This document shows, piece by piece, positions 1-12,609 of a DNA stretch of 64,000 bases. Origin of the DNA: Acidimicrobiales bacterium. GTDB taxonomy: Bacteria; Actinomycetota; Acidimicrobiia; Acidimicrobiales; Bin134. Location of the stretch: positions 1,037,287 through 1,101,286 of the forward strand of contig OZ220703.1 of assembly GCA_965116535.1 (NCBI GenBank). The letters are read 5' to 3'. The translations under genes and the position numbers were made by a program. Below the pieces are notes generated by a model. The model made no database searches. It saw nothing but the letters and a program-made list of their open reading frames with translations, and was not told where the DNA came from. Within the stretch, counting starts at the first letter, position 1; each line of letters opens with the position of its first letter.

Positions 1-1523
1 TCGAAGTCGATGAGGTTTATGTCGGCCTTTTGACCAGCAGCCAGCGTGCCCCGGTCGCTGAAGCCCACCAATGCGGCCGTGTCGGCGCACTGCCACTTGA
101 TGAGCTGTTCCACCGGCAGGGTGTCGCCTCGGGTTCGGTTTCTTCCCCAGTGGGAGAGCAGGAAGCTGGGCATGCTGCCGTCGCACAAGAACCCGACGTG
201 GGCGCCAGCGTCGCCCAAACCCGGGACACTGAGCGGGTGAGCCAGCATCTCCCTGGTGAGCTCGAAGTCGCCGTCTGCGTAGTTCATCACCGGGATGTAC
301 AGCAGCTCGGTGCCGTCGCGGCCGAGGAGGGCATCGTAGAGCGCTTCGTGGGGGTCGATGCCCCGCCGGGCGGCGTCGGCGGCAACACTGGCATCGGATG
401 AGGGCTCGTAGTCGGGGGTCTCGCCCAGTGGGAAGAGCTTTTCAAGCTGATTGAAGGTGTGGACGGGCTGGGCCGCCAGTTCGGCTACCAGTCGGGTCCT
501 AACTTCGGGCTCGCACAAGCGGGCAACTCGCTCGGGCAGGTCGAGGGCGGCGAATTCGCGGTAGCCAGGGCAGGACAAAAGGGCGTGATAGGTGGATTGA
601 AGGCCCACGAGCACTCCTATTGGCCGGCTGGCCACCTGCGCCCGCAGCGGGATGCCCGCCGCGTTGGCTTGCGTAATGCGATCGAGCAGTTGATGGCCCA
701 GATCGGGTCGGTTGTCGGGGACGGCAATGGTCATGGACAGCGGACGACCGCTGCGCCGGGCCATCTCGGCAACGAGGTCGAACTCGGTATCCAAGTCCAC
801 CCAGTCGCCCACCATCTCGAAAACGCCTTTGCCGGTTCGTCCCACGGCCTCGGCGATGGCCCACAGCTCGGATGCGCTGGCGGTAAGGCTGGGAGTGTGC
901 TCGCCAGCCTTGGTCTTGTGGTTGATGGTGCGGCTGGTGGTGAAGCCCACCGCGCCGGCGGCCACGCCTTCGGCGGCTAGGCGGGCCATTTCGGCGATCT
1001 CAGCTTCGGTGGGGTGGTTGTTGTGGTCGGCGCCCTGCTCACCCATCACGTAGGCCCGAAGTGCGCCATGGGGTACTTGAGCGGCCACATCGATGGTGCG
1101 GGGCTTGCGCTCGACGGCATCGAGATATTCGGGAAAGCTCTCCCACTCCCATTCGATGCCTTCGGCGAGAGCGGCGCCGGGGATGTCCTCCACGCCTTCC
1201 ATGAGGCCGATGAGCCAGTCTTCGGTGCCGGGGCGCACGGGGGCGAAGCCCACGCCACAGTTGCCCATCACCACGGTGGTCACGCCGTGCCACACCGAGG
1301 GGGTGATATCGGGGTCCCAGGAGACCTGCCCGTCGTAGTGAGTGTGGATGTCGACAAAGCCAGGGGTAACCAGGAGGCCGTCAGCGTCGAGTTCTTGGCG
1401 GGATGGGCCGAGGTTGTTGCCGATCTCGGTGATGGTGGCGTTGTCGATGGCGATGTCGGCGGTGAAGGGGGCTTGGCCGGTGCCGTCGACGACTGTGCCG
1501 ACGCGGATGACGAGATCGTGCAT
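1..1523 (-). CDS. Amidohydrolase of the N-acyl-D-amino-acid deacylase (D-aminoacylase) family; 3' end runs off the window
   Basis: Not in the ORF track because no stop lies inside the window. My own minus-strand translation from the ATG at 1523-1521 gives [36 protein letters not shown]...[17 protein letters not shown]...[15 protein letters not shown]. This contains the HxH metal motif and GNCG region typical of this family. The frame stays open to position 1. The listed + ORFs 459..980 and 1014..1556 look like antisense shadows. Confidence 0.75.
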   Translation of the reverse strand, partial: MHDLVIRVGTVVDGTGQAPFTADIAIDNATITEIGNNLGPSRQELDADGLLVTPGFVDIHTHYDGQVSWDPDITPSVWHGVTTVVMGNCGVGFAPVRPGTEDWLIGLMEGVEDIPGAALAEGIEWEWESFPEYLDAVERKPRTIDVAAQVPHGALRAYVMGEQGADHNNHPTEAEIAEMARLAAEGVAAGAVGFTTSRTINHKTKAGEHTPSLTASASELWAIAEAVGRTGKGVFEMVGDWVDLDTEFDLVAEMARRSGRPLSMTIAVPDNRPDLGHQLLDRITQANAAGIPLRAQVASRPIGVLVGLQSTYHALLSCPGYREFAALDLPERVARLCEPEVRTRLVAELAAQPVHTFNQLEKLFPLGETPDYEPSSDASVAADAARRGIDPHEALYDALLGRDGTELLYIPVMNYADGDFELTREMLAHPLSVPGLGDAGAHVGFLCDGSMPSFLLSHWGRNRTRGDTLPVEQLIKWQCADTAALVGFSDRGTLAAGQKADINLIDF

Positions 1524-1545
1524 GGGTCGAAGTTAGTCTCTCGGC

Positions 1546-1935
1546 ATGAGCGATGATGCTGCGATCAGAAATGTTGTTGCCCGATTGGCGATGCTGGCAG
1601 ATGAGGGGGATTTGGAGGAGTACGTGGGCCTGTTCACAGATGACGCCCTTTGGGAGATGCCGGGGTCGGCGATTCAGGGACGTGAAAACCTCTTGGCGGG
1701 GGCGATTGAACGTCGGGCCGCGGGGACCGTGGGGCCGGGGAGCAATACGCGACATGTGATCACCACTCAGGCGGTGGCTGTGGATGGCGACGAAGCCATT
1801 TCAGATGCCTATTGGCAATTTTGGGTGAACACCGCGGCAGAGGCGTCGATCGCGCTGTTTGGCACATATAGGGATCGCTTGGCGCGAACTGCCGACGGCT
1901 GGAAGCTGGCCCACCGCACCATCTCCTACGGGTAG
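1546..1935 (+). CDS. SnoaL-like / NTF2-fold family protein
   Basis: 129 aa ORF. RNVVARLAMLADEGDLEEYVGLFTDDALWEMPG at the N-terminus and DGWKLAHR near the C-terminus fit SnoaL_4/NTF2-like proteins. It is divergent from the amidohydrolase gene. Confidence 0.6.
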   Translation: MSDDAAIRNVVARLAMLADEGDLEEYVGLFTDDALWEMPGSAIQGRENLLAGAIERRAAGTVGPGSNTRHVITTQAVAVDGDEAISDAYWQFWVNTAAEASIALFGTYRDRLARTADGWKLAHRTISYG

Positions 1936-1946
1936 CTCTGCAAGGC

Positions 1947-2735
1947 ATGACGAAGAAAATTCAGGAAGTTCTCAACGACCGGGTCGCCGTGGTTACTGGT
2001 GGCGGCCGGGGTATCGGTCGGGCCATCGCCCTGGGGATGGCCGGGGAGGGGACGAAGGTGGTGGTTTCGTCCCGAACCCGAGAACAGCTTGATGCCGTCG
2101 TGGCTGAGATTGAATCAACGGGCAGTCGGGGGTTGGCGGTGGTGGCCGACGCCGCCGATGAAGACCAGGCCCGGTCACCGGTGCGGGCGGCGATGGCCGA
2201 GTTCGGGCGAATCGACGTGCTGGTGAACAACGTTGGGGGCTCTTCGGGGGGAAATCACGACCCGTTCTCGGGGAGCGCCGAGCCGTTCATGGCCACGCTG
2301 CGGCTGAACCTCATCTCGGCCTTCTGGACCAGCCAGGAAGCACTCGCCCCTATGCGGGAGCAAGGCTATGGCCGCATCATCAACATTGGTTCGGGTGCCT
2401 CCAAGCGGGCGGCGGCCAGCGTGGGCTACACCGCGGCCAAACACGGTCTAGTGGGCCTGACCAAGCAGCTGGCCATGTCGGCGGCACCGCACGGGATCAC
2501 GGTGAACTGCCTGTGTCCGGGGTGGACCAACACGGCATTGGTGGACTTCGAGCGCCTGGCTGCGGCCAAGGGGATCACCGCGGCCCAGGCTGAAGCCGAT
2601 GCCGAGGCCGAAAGTGCCCAGGGCCGAATCCTGGAGCCCGAGGAACTGGCCCCGATGGCGGTGTTGTTGGCTTCCGAAGCCGGCGGGGGCATCACCGGAC
2701 AAGTGATCAGCGTGGACGGGGGCTACCGTCTCTGA
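1947..2735 (+). CDS. Short-chain dehydrogenase/reductase (SDR) family oxidoreductase
   Basis: TGGGRGIGRAIA Rossmann motif, NNVG, and the catalytic YTAAKHG (YxxxK) motif; 262 aa. Confidence 0.85.
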   Translation: MTKKIQEVLNDRVAVVTGGGRGIGRAIALGMAGEGTKVVVSSRTREQLDAVVAEIESTGSRGLAVVADAADEDQARSPVRAAMAEFGRIDVLVNNVGGSSGGNHDPFSGSAEPFMATLRLNLISAFWTSQEALAPMREQGYGRIINIGSGASKRAAASVGYTAAKHGLVGLTKQLAMSAAPHGITVNCLCPGWTNTALVDFERLAAAKGITAAQAEADAEAESAQGRILEPEELAPMAVLLASEAGGGITGQVISVDGGYRL

Positions 2736-2760
2736 GTGCTGCGGTAGGTAACGTGCTGCG

Positions 2761-5287
<2,527 letters not shown>

Positions 5288-5387
5288 GAACAAACGCTAC
5301 CGGTCGCTCATGGGCACTTTTGTGGTTGTTATCCGAGTTTCTTGTGCTGGTAGGCACTTGGGCGATTGCCATCGTAGATTTCAGGCG

Positions 5388-6881
5388 ATGGCCACCGACA
5401 AAAGGCAGCGTCAGCGGGAGCGCAGACAGGTTGCGCAGCAGCGGGCCAAGGTAACCGAGAGCCGCGGTCGGATCCGCTCTAGAGGCGTGCGGGTCGCCCT
5501 GATCGCCGCGGTGATCGTGGTGGCGGTGGTGATCGTGTGGCTGTACTCGACGAGAGATGGCGGCAACGACGACACCAGCGTCGACGCCCCGATTGGCGAT
5601 ACCGCCCAGGGCGATGGCGCCGACGCCGCGCCGGGCACCGGCGGCTTTCCTGAGCTACCCCCGCCCCCGGGCCCCGGCGGCGAGTTGACCGGGGAGGTCA
5701 CCCCCTGCCCCGATCCGGCGGGCCCGGCATTCCGGGTGACCTCCTTTGAGTCGGCCCCAGCTCAATGCCTCGATCCCGCGCTTGACTACACCGCGGTGTT
5801 CGATACCACCCATGGTGAAATCAGAGTGGCCCTCGACCAGGAGGCCAATCCCGAGGCGGTGAACGCATTCGCGGCGTTGGCCGGCTACGGCTACTACGAC
5901 GGGACAGCCGTGTTCTACACCGATCCCACCGGCGGCTACATCCAAGGCGGGTCGCCCCACACCAACAATGCCGACGATCCCGGGCCGGGATTCACCGTGG
6001 CGGCAAGTGAGCCCGATGAGTATCGGCAGGGTCAGCTTCTGTGGTCGGCCGAGGGAGCTTCGACCGGGCAGTTCCTCTTGTTGGCCTACGACGAGTTCCT
6101 GCCATCCCAACCGGTGTCGGGGCTCACCAGCCTGGGTCAGATTTCCGACGGCAGCCTGTCCGTGGTTCTCGATGCCCTGGTCCTTCATGTGGACGATCCC
6201 GACACCGCCTTTGGAGGGCGGCCATCGGAGTCCGTCATCGTCAACTCCATCTCCATCCAATCCACCGACCCAACTCCTGAAGGGAGTATTGACTTGAGCG
6301 GATGTCCACCAGCAGACGGATCAGGACCACAGATCCTCGATTTCGACGGCCCTCAGCCCATGTGCTTGGACGCGTCCAAGCAGTACACCGCAGTGTTCGA
6401 CACCACTGCGGGAGTGATGCGGATCGGCCTCGACATGGTCAACACGCCGATCACCGCGAACAACTTCGCGGTGTTGGCCCGATACCACTACTACGACAAC
6501 ACTCTGTTGTTCCGCACCGATCCGGGCATCGGGATCATCCAGGGCGGGGCGCCACACACAAACTCGCCGTCGGATCCCGGGCCGGGCTACACCATCGTCG
6601 ACGAAGGCTCGGGATTTGCCTATGAGCCGGGTCAGATCGTGATGGCTCGCACCGCGGCGCCCAACAGCGCCAGCGCCCAGTTCTTCTTCGCGGTCAACGA
6701 GAACACTGCTCTGCTCAACAGCCAGGGCACCTATGTGGTGTTCGGCCAGATGGACGCCGAGAGCCTGGGAGTGGCCGAGGCCATTTTGGCCAGCCACGTC
6801 GACCAGCCCGGCAATCGGCTGGGAGGGGCGCCCGAGCCCCAGGTGATCGTCAACTCGGTAACCATCGAAGAATCCGGCTAG
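5388..6881 (+). CDS. Membrane-anchored peptidyl-prolyl cis-trans isomerase with two cyclophilin-type domains
   Basis: Basic N-terminus, then a TM helix (VALIAAVIVVAVVIVWLY) and a Pro/Gly linker. Two cyclophilin-like repeats follow (FDTTHGEIRVALD...YYDGTAVFYT and FDTTAGVMRIGLD...YYDNTLLFRTDPGIGIIQGG). Start moved to the ATG at 5388. Confidence 0.8.
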   Translation: MATDKRQRQRERRQVAQQRAKVTESRGRIRSRGVRVALIAAVIVVAVVIVWLYSTRDGGNDDTSVDAPIGDTAQGDGADAAPGTGGFPELPPPPGPGGELTGEVTPCPDPAGPAFRVTSFESAPAQCLDPALDYTAVFDTTHGEIRVALDQEANPEAVNAFAALAGYGYYDGTAVFYTDPTGGYIQGGSPHTNNADDPGPGFTVAASEPDEYRQGQLLWSAEGASTGQFLLLAYDEFLPSQPVSGLTSLGQISDGSLSVVLDALVLHVDDPDTAFGGRPSESVIVNSISIQSTDPTPEGSIDLSGCPPADGSGPQILDFDGPQPMCLDASKQYTAVFDTTAGVMRIGLDMVNTPITANNFAVLARYHYYDNTLLFRTDPGIGIIQGGAPHTNSPSDPGPGYTIVDEGSGFAYEPGQIVMARTAAPNSASAQFFFAVNENTALLNSQGTYVVFGQMDAESLGVAEAILASHVDQPGNRLGGAPEPQVIVNSVTIEESG

Positions 6882-6904
6882 TCCCGCCAACCCTGATGCT
6901 CTGA

Positions 6905-7603
6905 GTGGGGCAGAGTATGGGGGTGAGGCCAAATGGTCGATATCGACCCGAGCCCAGCCAGTGGGAGTTTCCGCCTGCTGAGTCGGCCGACGAGCACGGC
7001 TTGGTGGCGGTGGGGGCCGATTTGGAGCCTGGCACCCTGCTGGCTGCCTACCAGGCTGGTCTGTTCCCCATGCCATTGGGGCGCACCGACAAACTGGGGT
7101 GGTGGTCGCCTGACCCACGAGGAGTTATCCCTCTCGAGGAGCTGAGGGTGACCCGCTCGCTACGTCGGAGCCTGCGACGCTATCGGATAACCGCAGATGT
7201 TGCCTTTGGCGATGTCATCGACGCCTGTCGAACGATCGAGCGCCCCCATGGATGGATCTCACCGGACATCCGAGACGCCTACGTGCGGTTGCACAAGCTG
7301 GGGTGGGCCCACAGCGTGGAAGCGTGGTCAGAAGACGGAGAGCTAGTGGGCGGGCTGTACGGGGTGTCGATCGGGGGACTGTTTGCCGGAGAGTCGATGT
7401 TCCACGTTGACCGCGACGCGTCCAAGGTGGCGCTGGTGTCTTTGGTGGGGAGGCTGAATCACGGCGGAGTTGCCCGGCTGTTGGACGTGCAGTGGGCGAC
7501 GGAGCATCTGCGGAGCTTGGGGGCGGTGGAGATCCCGCGGAGTGAGTACTTGGAGCGATTGGGAGCGGCGGTGCGACAGCCGTCGGCTCCGTGGCCTCGT
7601 TAG
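6905..7603 (+). CDS. aat: Leucyl/phenylalanyl-tRNA--protein transferase
   Basis: LVAVGADLEPGTLLAAYQAGLFPMP ... WWSPDPRGVIPL ... ESMFH motifs typical of Aat. Start uncertain (GTG 6905 or ATG 6917). Confidence 0.85.
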   Translation: MGQSMGVRPNGRYRPEPSQWEFPPAESADEHGLVAVGADLEPGTLLAAYQAGLFPMPLGRTDKLGWWSPDPRGVIPLEELRVTRSLRRSLRRYRITADVAFGDVIDACRTIERPHGWISPDIRDAYVRLHKLGWAHSVEAWSEDGELVGGLYGVSIGGLFAGESMFHVDRDASKVALVSLVGRLNHGGVARLLDVQWATEHLRSLGAVEIPRSEYLERLGAAVRQPSAPWPR

Positions 7604-8166
7604 CAGAGACGAGTTACCTGGTCGCCCTGGCTTATGGTGCCGGGTTGGATCACTCGGGCGTTGATGCCTCTTAGGTTCAGGGCTCGGCCGGTGGGGGAGT
7701 TGACGAATCGGAGGGCCTCGACGCCGAATCGGGCCGAGAATTTGGCGCATCCGGTGTGGGGCTCGGCGGTTACCTCGATAACCGCATCGCCCAGGGAGAG
7801 GCGGGTGCCCGGCGGCAGGGTCTCGGTGCTTATGTCGAGATCGATGTAGAGCTGATCGCCCGCAAGAGCCCAGCGGTCGATTGGCCCGGCCACCGCGGCG
7901 GTGGCCCGGGCGTTCATGACATTGAGCTGGGCGTCGAGCAGCGGGCCGCCGTCAGGAGTCTTGGCGGAGCCTCGCTGGTTCCAGGTGTCGCCCACCAGAC
8001 CCTCTTCCAAACTGAGCATCCCAGACTCCAGCACCTCTCGCTCGTCTACTGCCGGGCGGCGCACGATCAATTCCAGGGTGCCGTTGTCGGCGGGGGCATC
8101 GCGAATATGGGAGAGGGAGGCTTCCAGTTCTTCTGGAGTGCGGTGGAAAGCGGAATGGTCAGTCAT
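7600..8166 (-). CDS. MOSC domain-containing protein
   Basis: C-terminal GDAVIEVTAEPHTGCAKF...LRGINARVIQPGTISQGDQV fits the MOSC beta-barrel with its conserved Cys. Start set at the ATG at 8166, which overlaps the accE stop as ATGA. Confidence 0.75.
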   Translation of the reverse strand: MTDHSAFHRTPEELEASLSHIRDAPADNGTLELIVRRPAVDEREVLESGMLSLEEGLVGDTWNQRGSAKTPDGGPLLDAQLNVMNARATAAVAGPIDRWALAGDQLYIDLDISTETLPPGTRLSLGDAVIEVTAEPHTGCAKFSARFGVEALRFVNSPTGRALNLRGINARVIQPGTISQGDQVTRLC

Positions 8167-8357
8167 TGCTGAAGTGCCTGGCGCCGCCGGCGGGTCGGGG
8201 CTGGCGCCGTCCACCAGCGGCCGCTGAACCGCCACCTGGACGCAATTGCCGCGGGGGTCTCTTCGGCTGCGGGCCGGGGCCAAAGAGCCTCATAGGCCGC
8301 CAAAATGGCAGCCACTTCGGCTTCGGTGGGCTGAGGCGTGATCTGGATGATGCTCAT
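8163..8357 (-). CDS. Acyl-CoA carboxylase epsilon subunit
   Basis: 64 aa Pro/Ala/Trp-rich ORF starting 15 nt after the carboxyltransferase gene. AAILAAYEALWPRP...RWRFSGRWW resembles actinobacterial AccE peptides. Confidence 0.6.
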   Translation of the reverse strand: MSIIQITPQPTEAEVAAILAAYEALWPRPAAEETPAAIASRWRFSGRWWTAPAPTRRRRQALQQ

Positions 8358-8371
8358 GTCTTCAAGGACTG

Positions 8372-9928
8372 TTAGAGCGGGATAATTCCGTGCTTTCGGG
8401 GGAGCAATTCCTCCCGCTTGGAGCGGAGCATCTCAAATCCGGCGATCACCAGGCGGCGAGTATCGGCGGGGTCGATTACATCGTCGATGTAGCCCCGCTC
8501 AGCGGCGATATAGGGGTTGGCGTAGCGCTCGGTGTAGTCGTCCACCAGCTCGGCCCGCCGAGCGACGGGATCGGCTGCCGACTGAAGTTCCCGTCGGTAG
8601 ATGATCTCTACTGCCCCCTGCGGGCCCATCACGGCCAACTCAGCGCCCGGCCAGGCGAACGACAGATCCGAGCCCACCGACTTGGAGTCCATCACCACGT
8701 AAGCCCCGCCGTAGGCCTTGCGGGTGATGACCTGGATGCGGGGTACGGTTGCCTCGCAGTAGGCGTACAGCAGCTTGGCCCCGTGGCGGATGATGCCGCC
8801 GTGCTCTTGGTCGACGCCGGGCAAAAAGCCAGGCACGTCCACGAAAGTCAGCAGCGGAATGTTGAAGGCATCGCATGTCCGAACGAATCGGGCCGCTTTG
8901 GACGACGACTCGATGTCGAGCACGCCAGCCAGCACCATGGGCTGGTTGCCCACCACGCCGACGGTGTAGCCGTTCAGCCTGGCGAAGCCGCACACGATGG
9001 ACTGGGCCCAGTGGGCGTGGTACTCCATGAACTCCCCGTCGTCCACCACCGCCTGGATCACCTTGCGCATGTCGTAGGGCAGGTTGGGGCTGTCGGGCAT
9101 GATGTCGCGCAGCTCGGGGGCCAGCCGCTCAGGATCGTCGACCGCGTCGACTTGGGGGGGCTCCTCCAGGTTGTTGGGGGGCAGATGGCCGACCAGGAAG
9201 CGGACCTCGTCCAGCACCTCCTCCTCGGTCTGGCCCACGAAGGTGGCCACGCCCGACTTGGTGGAGTGCGAGCGGGCCCCACCCAGGTCTTCCAAGGTCA
9301 CCTCTTCGCCAGTGACCGTCTTCACCACGTCGGGGCCGGTGATGAACATGTGCGACTTCTCGGCCACCATGAACACGAAATCGGTCATGGCCGGGCTGTA
9401 AACCGCGCCGCCGGCGCACGGCCCTAGGATCACGCTGATCTGGGGGATGACGCCCGAAGACTTGACGTTGCGGTGGAAAATGCCGCCGTAGGAGTCAAGC
9501 GACACCACTCCTTCTTGGATGCGGGCGCCGGCGCCGTCGTTGAGACCGATCATGGGGGCGCCCACCGAAAGCGCAAGATCCATCACTTTGTGGATCTTCT
9601 CGGCGAATACCTCTCCCAGCGCGCCGCCGAACACGGTGAAGTCCTGGGCGAACAAGAACACCTTGCGGCCGTCGATGGTGCCCCAGCCGGTGATCACGCC
9701 ATCGGTGTACGGGCGTTCCTCGATGCCGCTGTCGAGCGCCCGGTGGCGGGCCAGCATGTCGAGTTCGTGGAAAGAGCCATCGTCGAGCAGGTATTCGATG
9801 CGCTCCCGGGCCAGCATCTTGCCCTTCTCGTGCTGGCGGTCGACCGCCCGCTGGGGGCCGGCGTGGAGGGCTTCGTGCTTGCGGCGCTCTAGGTCGTTGA
9901 GACGATCTTTCATCGAGTGCTCGGCCAT
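8372..9928 (-). CDS. Acyl-CoA (propionyl/acetyl-CoA) carboxylase carboxyltransferase beta subunit
   Basis: 518 aa with strong AccD5/PccB-like sequence throughout (GKMLARERIEYLLDDGSF, GGARIQEG, PQISVILGPCAGGAVYSPA, YGGAYVVM). Confidence 0.9.
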   Translation of the reverse strand: MAEHSMKDRLNDLERRKHEALHAGPQRAVDRQHEKGKMLARERIEYLLDDGSFHELDMLARHRALDSGIEERPYTDGVITGWGTIDGRKVFLFAQDFTVFGGALGEVFAEKIHKVMDLALSVGAPMIGLNDGAGARIQEGVVSLDSYGGIFHRNVKSSGVIPQISVILGPCAGGAVYSPAMTDFVFMVAEKSHMFITGPDVVKTVTGEEVTLEDLGGARSHSTKSGVATFVGQTEEEVLDEVRFLVGHLPPNNLEEPPQVDAVDDPERLAPELRDIMPDSPNLPYDMRKVIQAVVDDGEFMEYHAHWAQSIVCGFARLNGYTVGVVGNQPMVLAGVLDIESSSKAARFVRTCDAFNIPLLTFVDVPGFLPGVDQEHGGIIRHGAKLLYAYCEATVPRIQVITRKAYGGAYVVMDSKSVGSDLSFAWPGAELAVMGPQGAVEIIYRRELQSAADPVARRAELVDDYTERYANPYIAAERGYIDDVIDPADTRRLVIAGFEMLRSKREELLPRKHGIIPL

Positions 9929-9973
9929 TATGGTGACAGGCTAGCTGGGGTTGGGGTGGGTAGCCTCACTCTC

Positions 9974-10549
9974 GTGAGCTTGGATTCAGGGCCGCGGCGG
10001 GTGGCGGTGTTTTGCAGTTCCTCGCTGGGGACTGAGCCTGGTTTTGCCACGCTGGCTGCTGATCTGGGGCGGCGGCTGGCGGAGGAGGGCATTGGGGTGG
10101 TGTTCGGAGGGGGCCGGGTGGGTCTCATGGGGGTGATGGCTGACGCGACCATGGCCGCGGGTGGCGAGGTGATCGGGGTCATTCCCAACTTCTTGGATGA
10201 GATCGAGGTGGCCCACCAGGGCTTGACCGAACTCCACCTGGTAGCGGACATGCACGAGCGCAAGCAGCTCATGTACTCGCTGTCAGACGGGTTCTGCGCA
10301 CTGCCCGGCGGGCTGGGCACCCTGGAGGAGTTGTTCGAGGCGGCCACCTGGACGCAGTTGGGGCTGCACGAGGGCGGGCGATACAAGCCGGTGGTGCTGT
10401 TGGACGAGGACGGGTTCTGGAAGCCGTTGGCTGAGTTTCACGGACGGCTTGTCGAGATTGGATTCGTGAAGCAGGAGAAGGCCGGGATCATCCAGCGGGC
10501 TGGCTCTATCGATGAGGCTTTGGGGCTGCTTTACCCGTCTTCGAGCTGA
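9974..10549 (+). CDS. LOG family protein (TIGR00730-type nucleotide 5'-monophosphate nucleosidase)
   Basis: VAVFCSSS, GVVFGGGRVGLMG and PGGLGTLEELFE motifs. The GTG at 9974 is preferred because the track start at 9917 would overlap the divergent accD start. Confidence 0.8.
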   Translation: MSLDSGPRRVAVFCSSSLGTEPGFATLAADLGRRLAEEGIGVVFGGGRVGLMGVMADATMAAGGEVIGVIPNFLDEIEVAHQGLTELHLVADMHERKQLMYSLSDGFCALPGGLGTLEELFEAATWTQLGLHEGGRYKPVVLLDEDGFWKPLAEFHGRLVEIGFVKQEKAGIIQRAGSIDEALGLLYPSSS

Positions 10550-11667
10550 GCAGTTAGGCCCTCTACGGCCTCTATGAACTCTTCGACGAGGTTGTAGACC
10601 ACTTGGCGGGCGGGGAGAGATTGGTTCATGGCCCCCACGATTTGGCCGACGAAGTAGTTGGTGAGCTTTTCGGCACCGCTGCCGGAGTGGTGGGCCACCC
10701 GGTCGATCCGGCGGCGGGGCTCGCCGGTCAGCATGATCTGAAGCGGCATGGGGAGAGGGTCGGGAGTATCGGGCCGGTTCCACTCTTCCGTCCAGGCTGA
10801 GCGCAGCATGCGGGCCGGCTTTCCGGTGATGGTGCGGGACCGTTCAGTGTCGGATGATCCAGCAGCCAGGAACTTCTGCTTGACCGCGGGGTGGGTTTCT
10901 GCCTCTTCGGTGGTGAGCCACACCGAGCCGCACCACGCCCCCTGGGCGCCCAGTGCCATGGCTGCGGCCATTTGACGTCCTCGGCCGATGCCCCCGGCGC
11001 CCAACACCGGCACCGGGGCCACCGCATCCACCACCTCGGGGATGAGCACCATGGAGCCGACCTCTCCGGTGTGGCCACCAGCCTCGTATCCTTGGGCAAC
11101 AATGAGGTCGACGCCGGCGGCTACGTGGCGCTCGGCGTGGGCGGCCCGACCGGCCAGGGCAGCCACCTTGGCCCCGGCGGCGTGGCCCTGGGCGATCATC
11201 TCCGGGGGAGGCGGGCCCAGCGCGTTGGCCACTAAGGCAGGCTCGTAGGCCAAGGCGATCTCCAGTTGGCGACCGGCGCGGCGACCCGACAGCGGGGCAG
11301 CGGGGCCCCAGTCCCGGGGTGAGCTGTCGTCGGTTGGCAGCGGCGGCACTTCGTAGCGCTCGAGCAAATCGTCGAGAAATTGCCGGTGCTCATCGGGGAT
11401 GAGTGAGTTGGCCTGCTCGACGTCCAGCCCGCCCTGTTCGACACCCTCGTAGCGGGCGGGAACGACGAGGTCGACACCGAAGGGACGGTCGCCAACCTGC
11501 TCTCGGATCCAAACCAGATCTGTTTCCAGATCGTCCTCGGTGTGTCCGACAACGCCCAGCACACCCAACCCGCCGGCCCGGCTGACCTCGGCGGCCACAT
11601 CGCGGCAGTGGGTAAAGGCCAGGATCGGAAACTCAATGTCAAACATCTCGGTAACCGCAGTACGCAT
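10531..11667 (-). CDS. Nitronate monooxygenase (NMO / 2-nitropropane dioxygenase-like, FMN-dependent)
   Basis: From the ATG at 11667: MRTAVTEMFDIEFPILAFTHCRDVAAEVSRAGGLGVLG ... VAQGYEAGGHTG ... GAGGIGRG. The 110 aa upstream extension in the track is Arg/Pro-rich junk. Confidence 0.8.
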   Translation of the reverse strand: MRTAVTEMFDIEFPILAFTHCRDVAAEVSRAGGLGVLGVVGHTEDDLETDLVWIREQVGDRPFGVDLVVPARYEGVEQGGLDVEQANSLIPDEHRQFLDDLLERYEVPPLPTDDSSPRDWGPAAPLSGRRAGRQLEIALAYEPALVANALGPPPPEMIAQGHAAGAKVAALAGRAAHAERHVAAGVDLIVAQGYEAGGHTGEVGSMVLIPEVVDAVAPVPVLGAGGIGRGRQMAAAMALGAQGAWCGSVWLTTEEAETHPAVKQKFLAAGSSDTERSRTITGKPARMLRSAWTEEWNRPDTPDPLPMPLQIMLTGEPRRRIDRVAHHSGSGAEKLTNYFVGQIVGAMNQSLPARQVVYNLVEEFIEAVEGLTAQLEDG

Positions 11668-11681
11668 ATCTCTTCTTCCTT

Positions 11682-12557
11682 TCAGTTCCTTCCCAATCGG
11701 CGCTTCAGGTTGTCGGCTCGCTCGACGAGGTGCTCGCCGCCCAGCCTGCCGATTATCTCGGGGAATTCCGGGGTGGGGCCGGCCCAGGCCAGCTGTTGGA
11801 GACGGTCGAATGTGGGGGCGTTGTCGTCGATAGTGGCCACCTTCCGGAAGAGGATAGCCAGCTCCCGATTCTCGGCCAGAGTGGCGGCCAGTTTGGCCGA
11901 TCCCCTCACGCTCACCTCCCACTGGCCCACGGCGTCGGGGATGTTCTCCAAGTGGCGATAGTGCGCCAGCACCGTGGCGGTGGAGCGGGCCCCCCAACCG
12001 GGCAGGCCGGGGAAGCCGTCGGCGGTGTCGCCCACCAGGGCCAAATAGTCGGGGATGGACTCGGGCACCACTCCGAACTTGTCCACCACTCCGTCATGGT
12101 CGATGAGCTTCTGCTGGCGACGGTCGTACTGCACTATGCGACCGTCTTCAGTCACACATTGGGCTAGATCCTTGTCGGGGGTGCAGATCAGCACTTGGTC
12201 GACATTGGGGTCGAGGGCGGCCTTTCGGGCCGCAGCCCCCAGGGCGTCGTCGGCTTCGTGCTCGACCATGGGCCACACGCAGAACCCGGCGGCAGCCAGT
12301 GCCTCTTCGACCAGTGGGAACTGGGCCATCAGCTCGGACGGAACCCCCTCCCCGGTCTTGTAGCCGGGCCACAACTGGTTGCGGAACGACTCGATCACCT
12401 GGTCGGTGGCCACTCCCACGTGGGTCGCTCCGTCGTCAACCAGTTGCAGCATGCTGTGGACCACTCCACGGGCCGCCCCGTACTCGGGATCGCGGTTGCC
12501 AGGTGAGAAGTGATAGCGGAACAGCTCGTAGGTGCCGTCGACAAGGTGGACCCGCAC
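11682..12557 (-). CDS. 5'-3' exonuclease (FEN/PIN-like domain, Pol I N-terminal domain family)
   Basis: The GTG at 12557 gives VRVHLVDGTYELFRYHF... with the acidic clusters EADDALG, TPDKDL and LVGDTADGFPGLPGWG (H3TH). The track N-terminal extension overlaps the thiolase gene start. Confidence 0.8.
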   Translation of the reverse strand: MRVHLVDGTYELFRYHFSPGNRDPEYGAARGVVHSMLQLVDDGATHVGVATDQVIESFRNQLWPGYKTGEGVPSELMAQFPLVEEALAAAGFCVWPMVEHEADDALGAAARKAALDPNVDQVLICTPDKDLAQCVTEDGRIVQYDRRQQKLIDHDGVVDKFGVVPESIPDYLALVGDTADGFPGLPGWGARSTATVLAHYRHLENIPDAVGQWEVSVRGSAKLAATLAENRELAILFRKVATIDDNAPTFDRLQQLAWAGPTPEFPEIIGRLGGEHLVERADNLKRRLGRN

Positions 12558-12609
12558 ATCCTGACCGTATCCTGTTCGGCAGCACCTACGGATGGACAAA
12601 GAGGATGTT

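Noticed and set aside
10531-11997. 488 aa version of the nitronate monooxygenase ORF, and the 342 aa version of the exonuclease ORF (11682..12710).
   Set aside because: The N-terminal extensions are low-complexity Arg/Pro/Gly sequence that overlaps neighbouring genes. Conserved family N-termini begin at 11667 and 12557.
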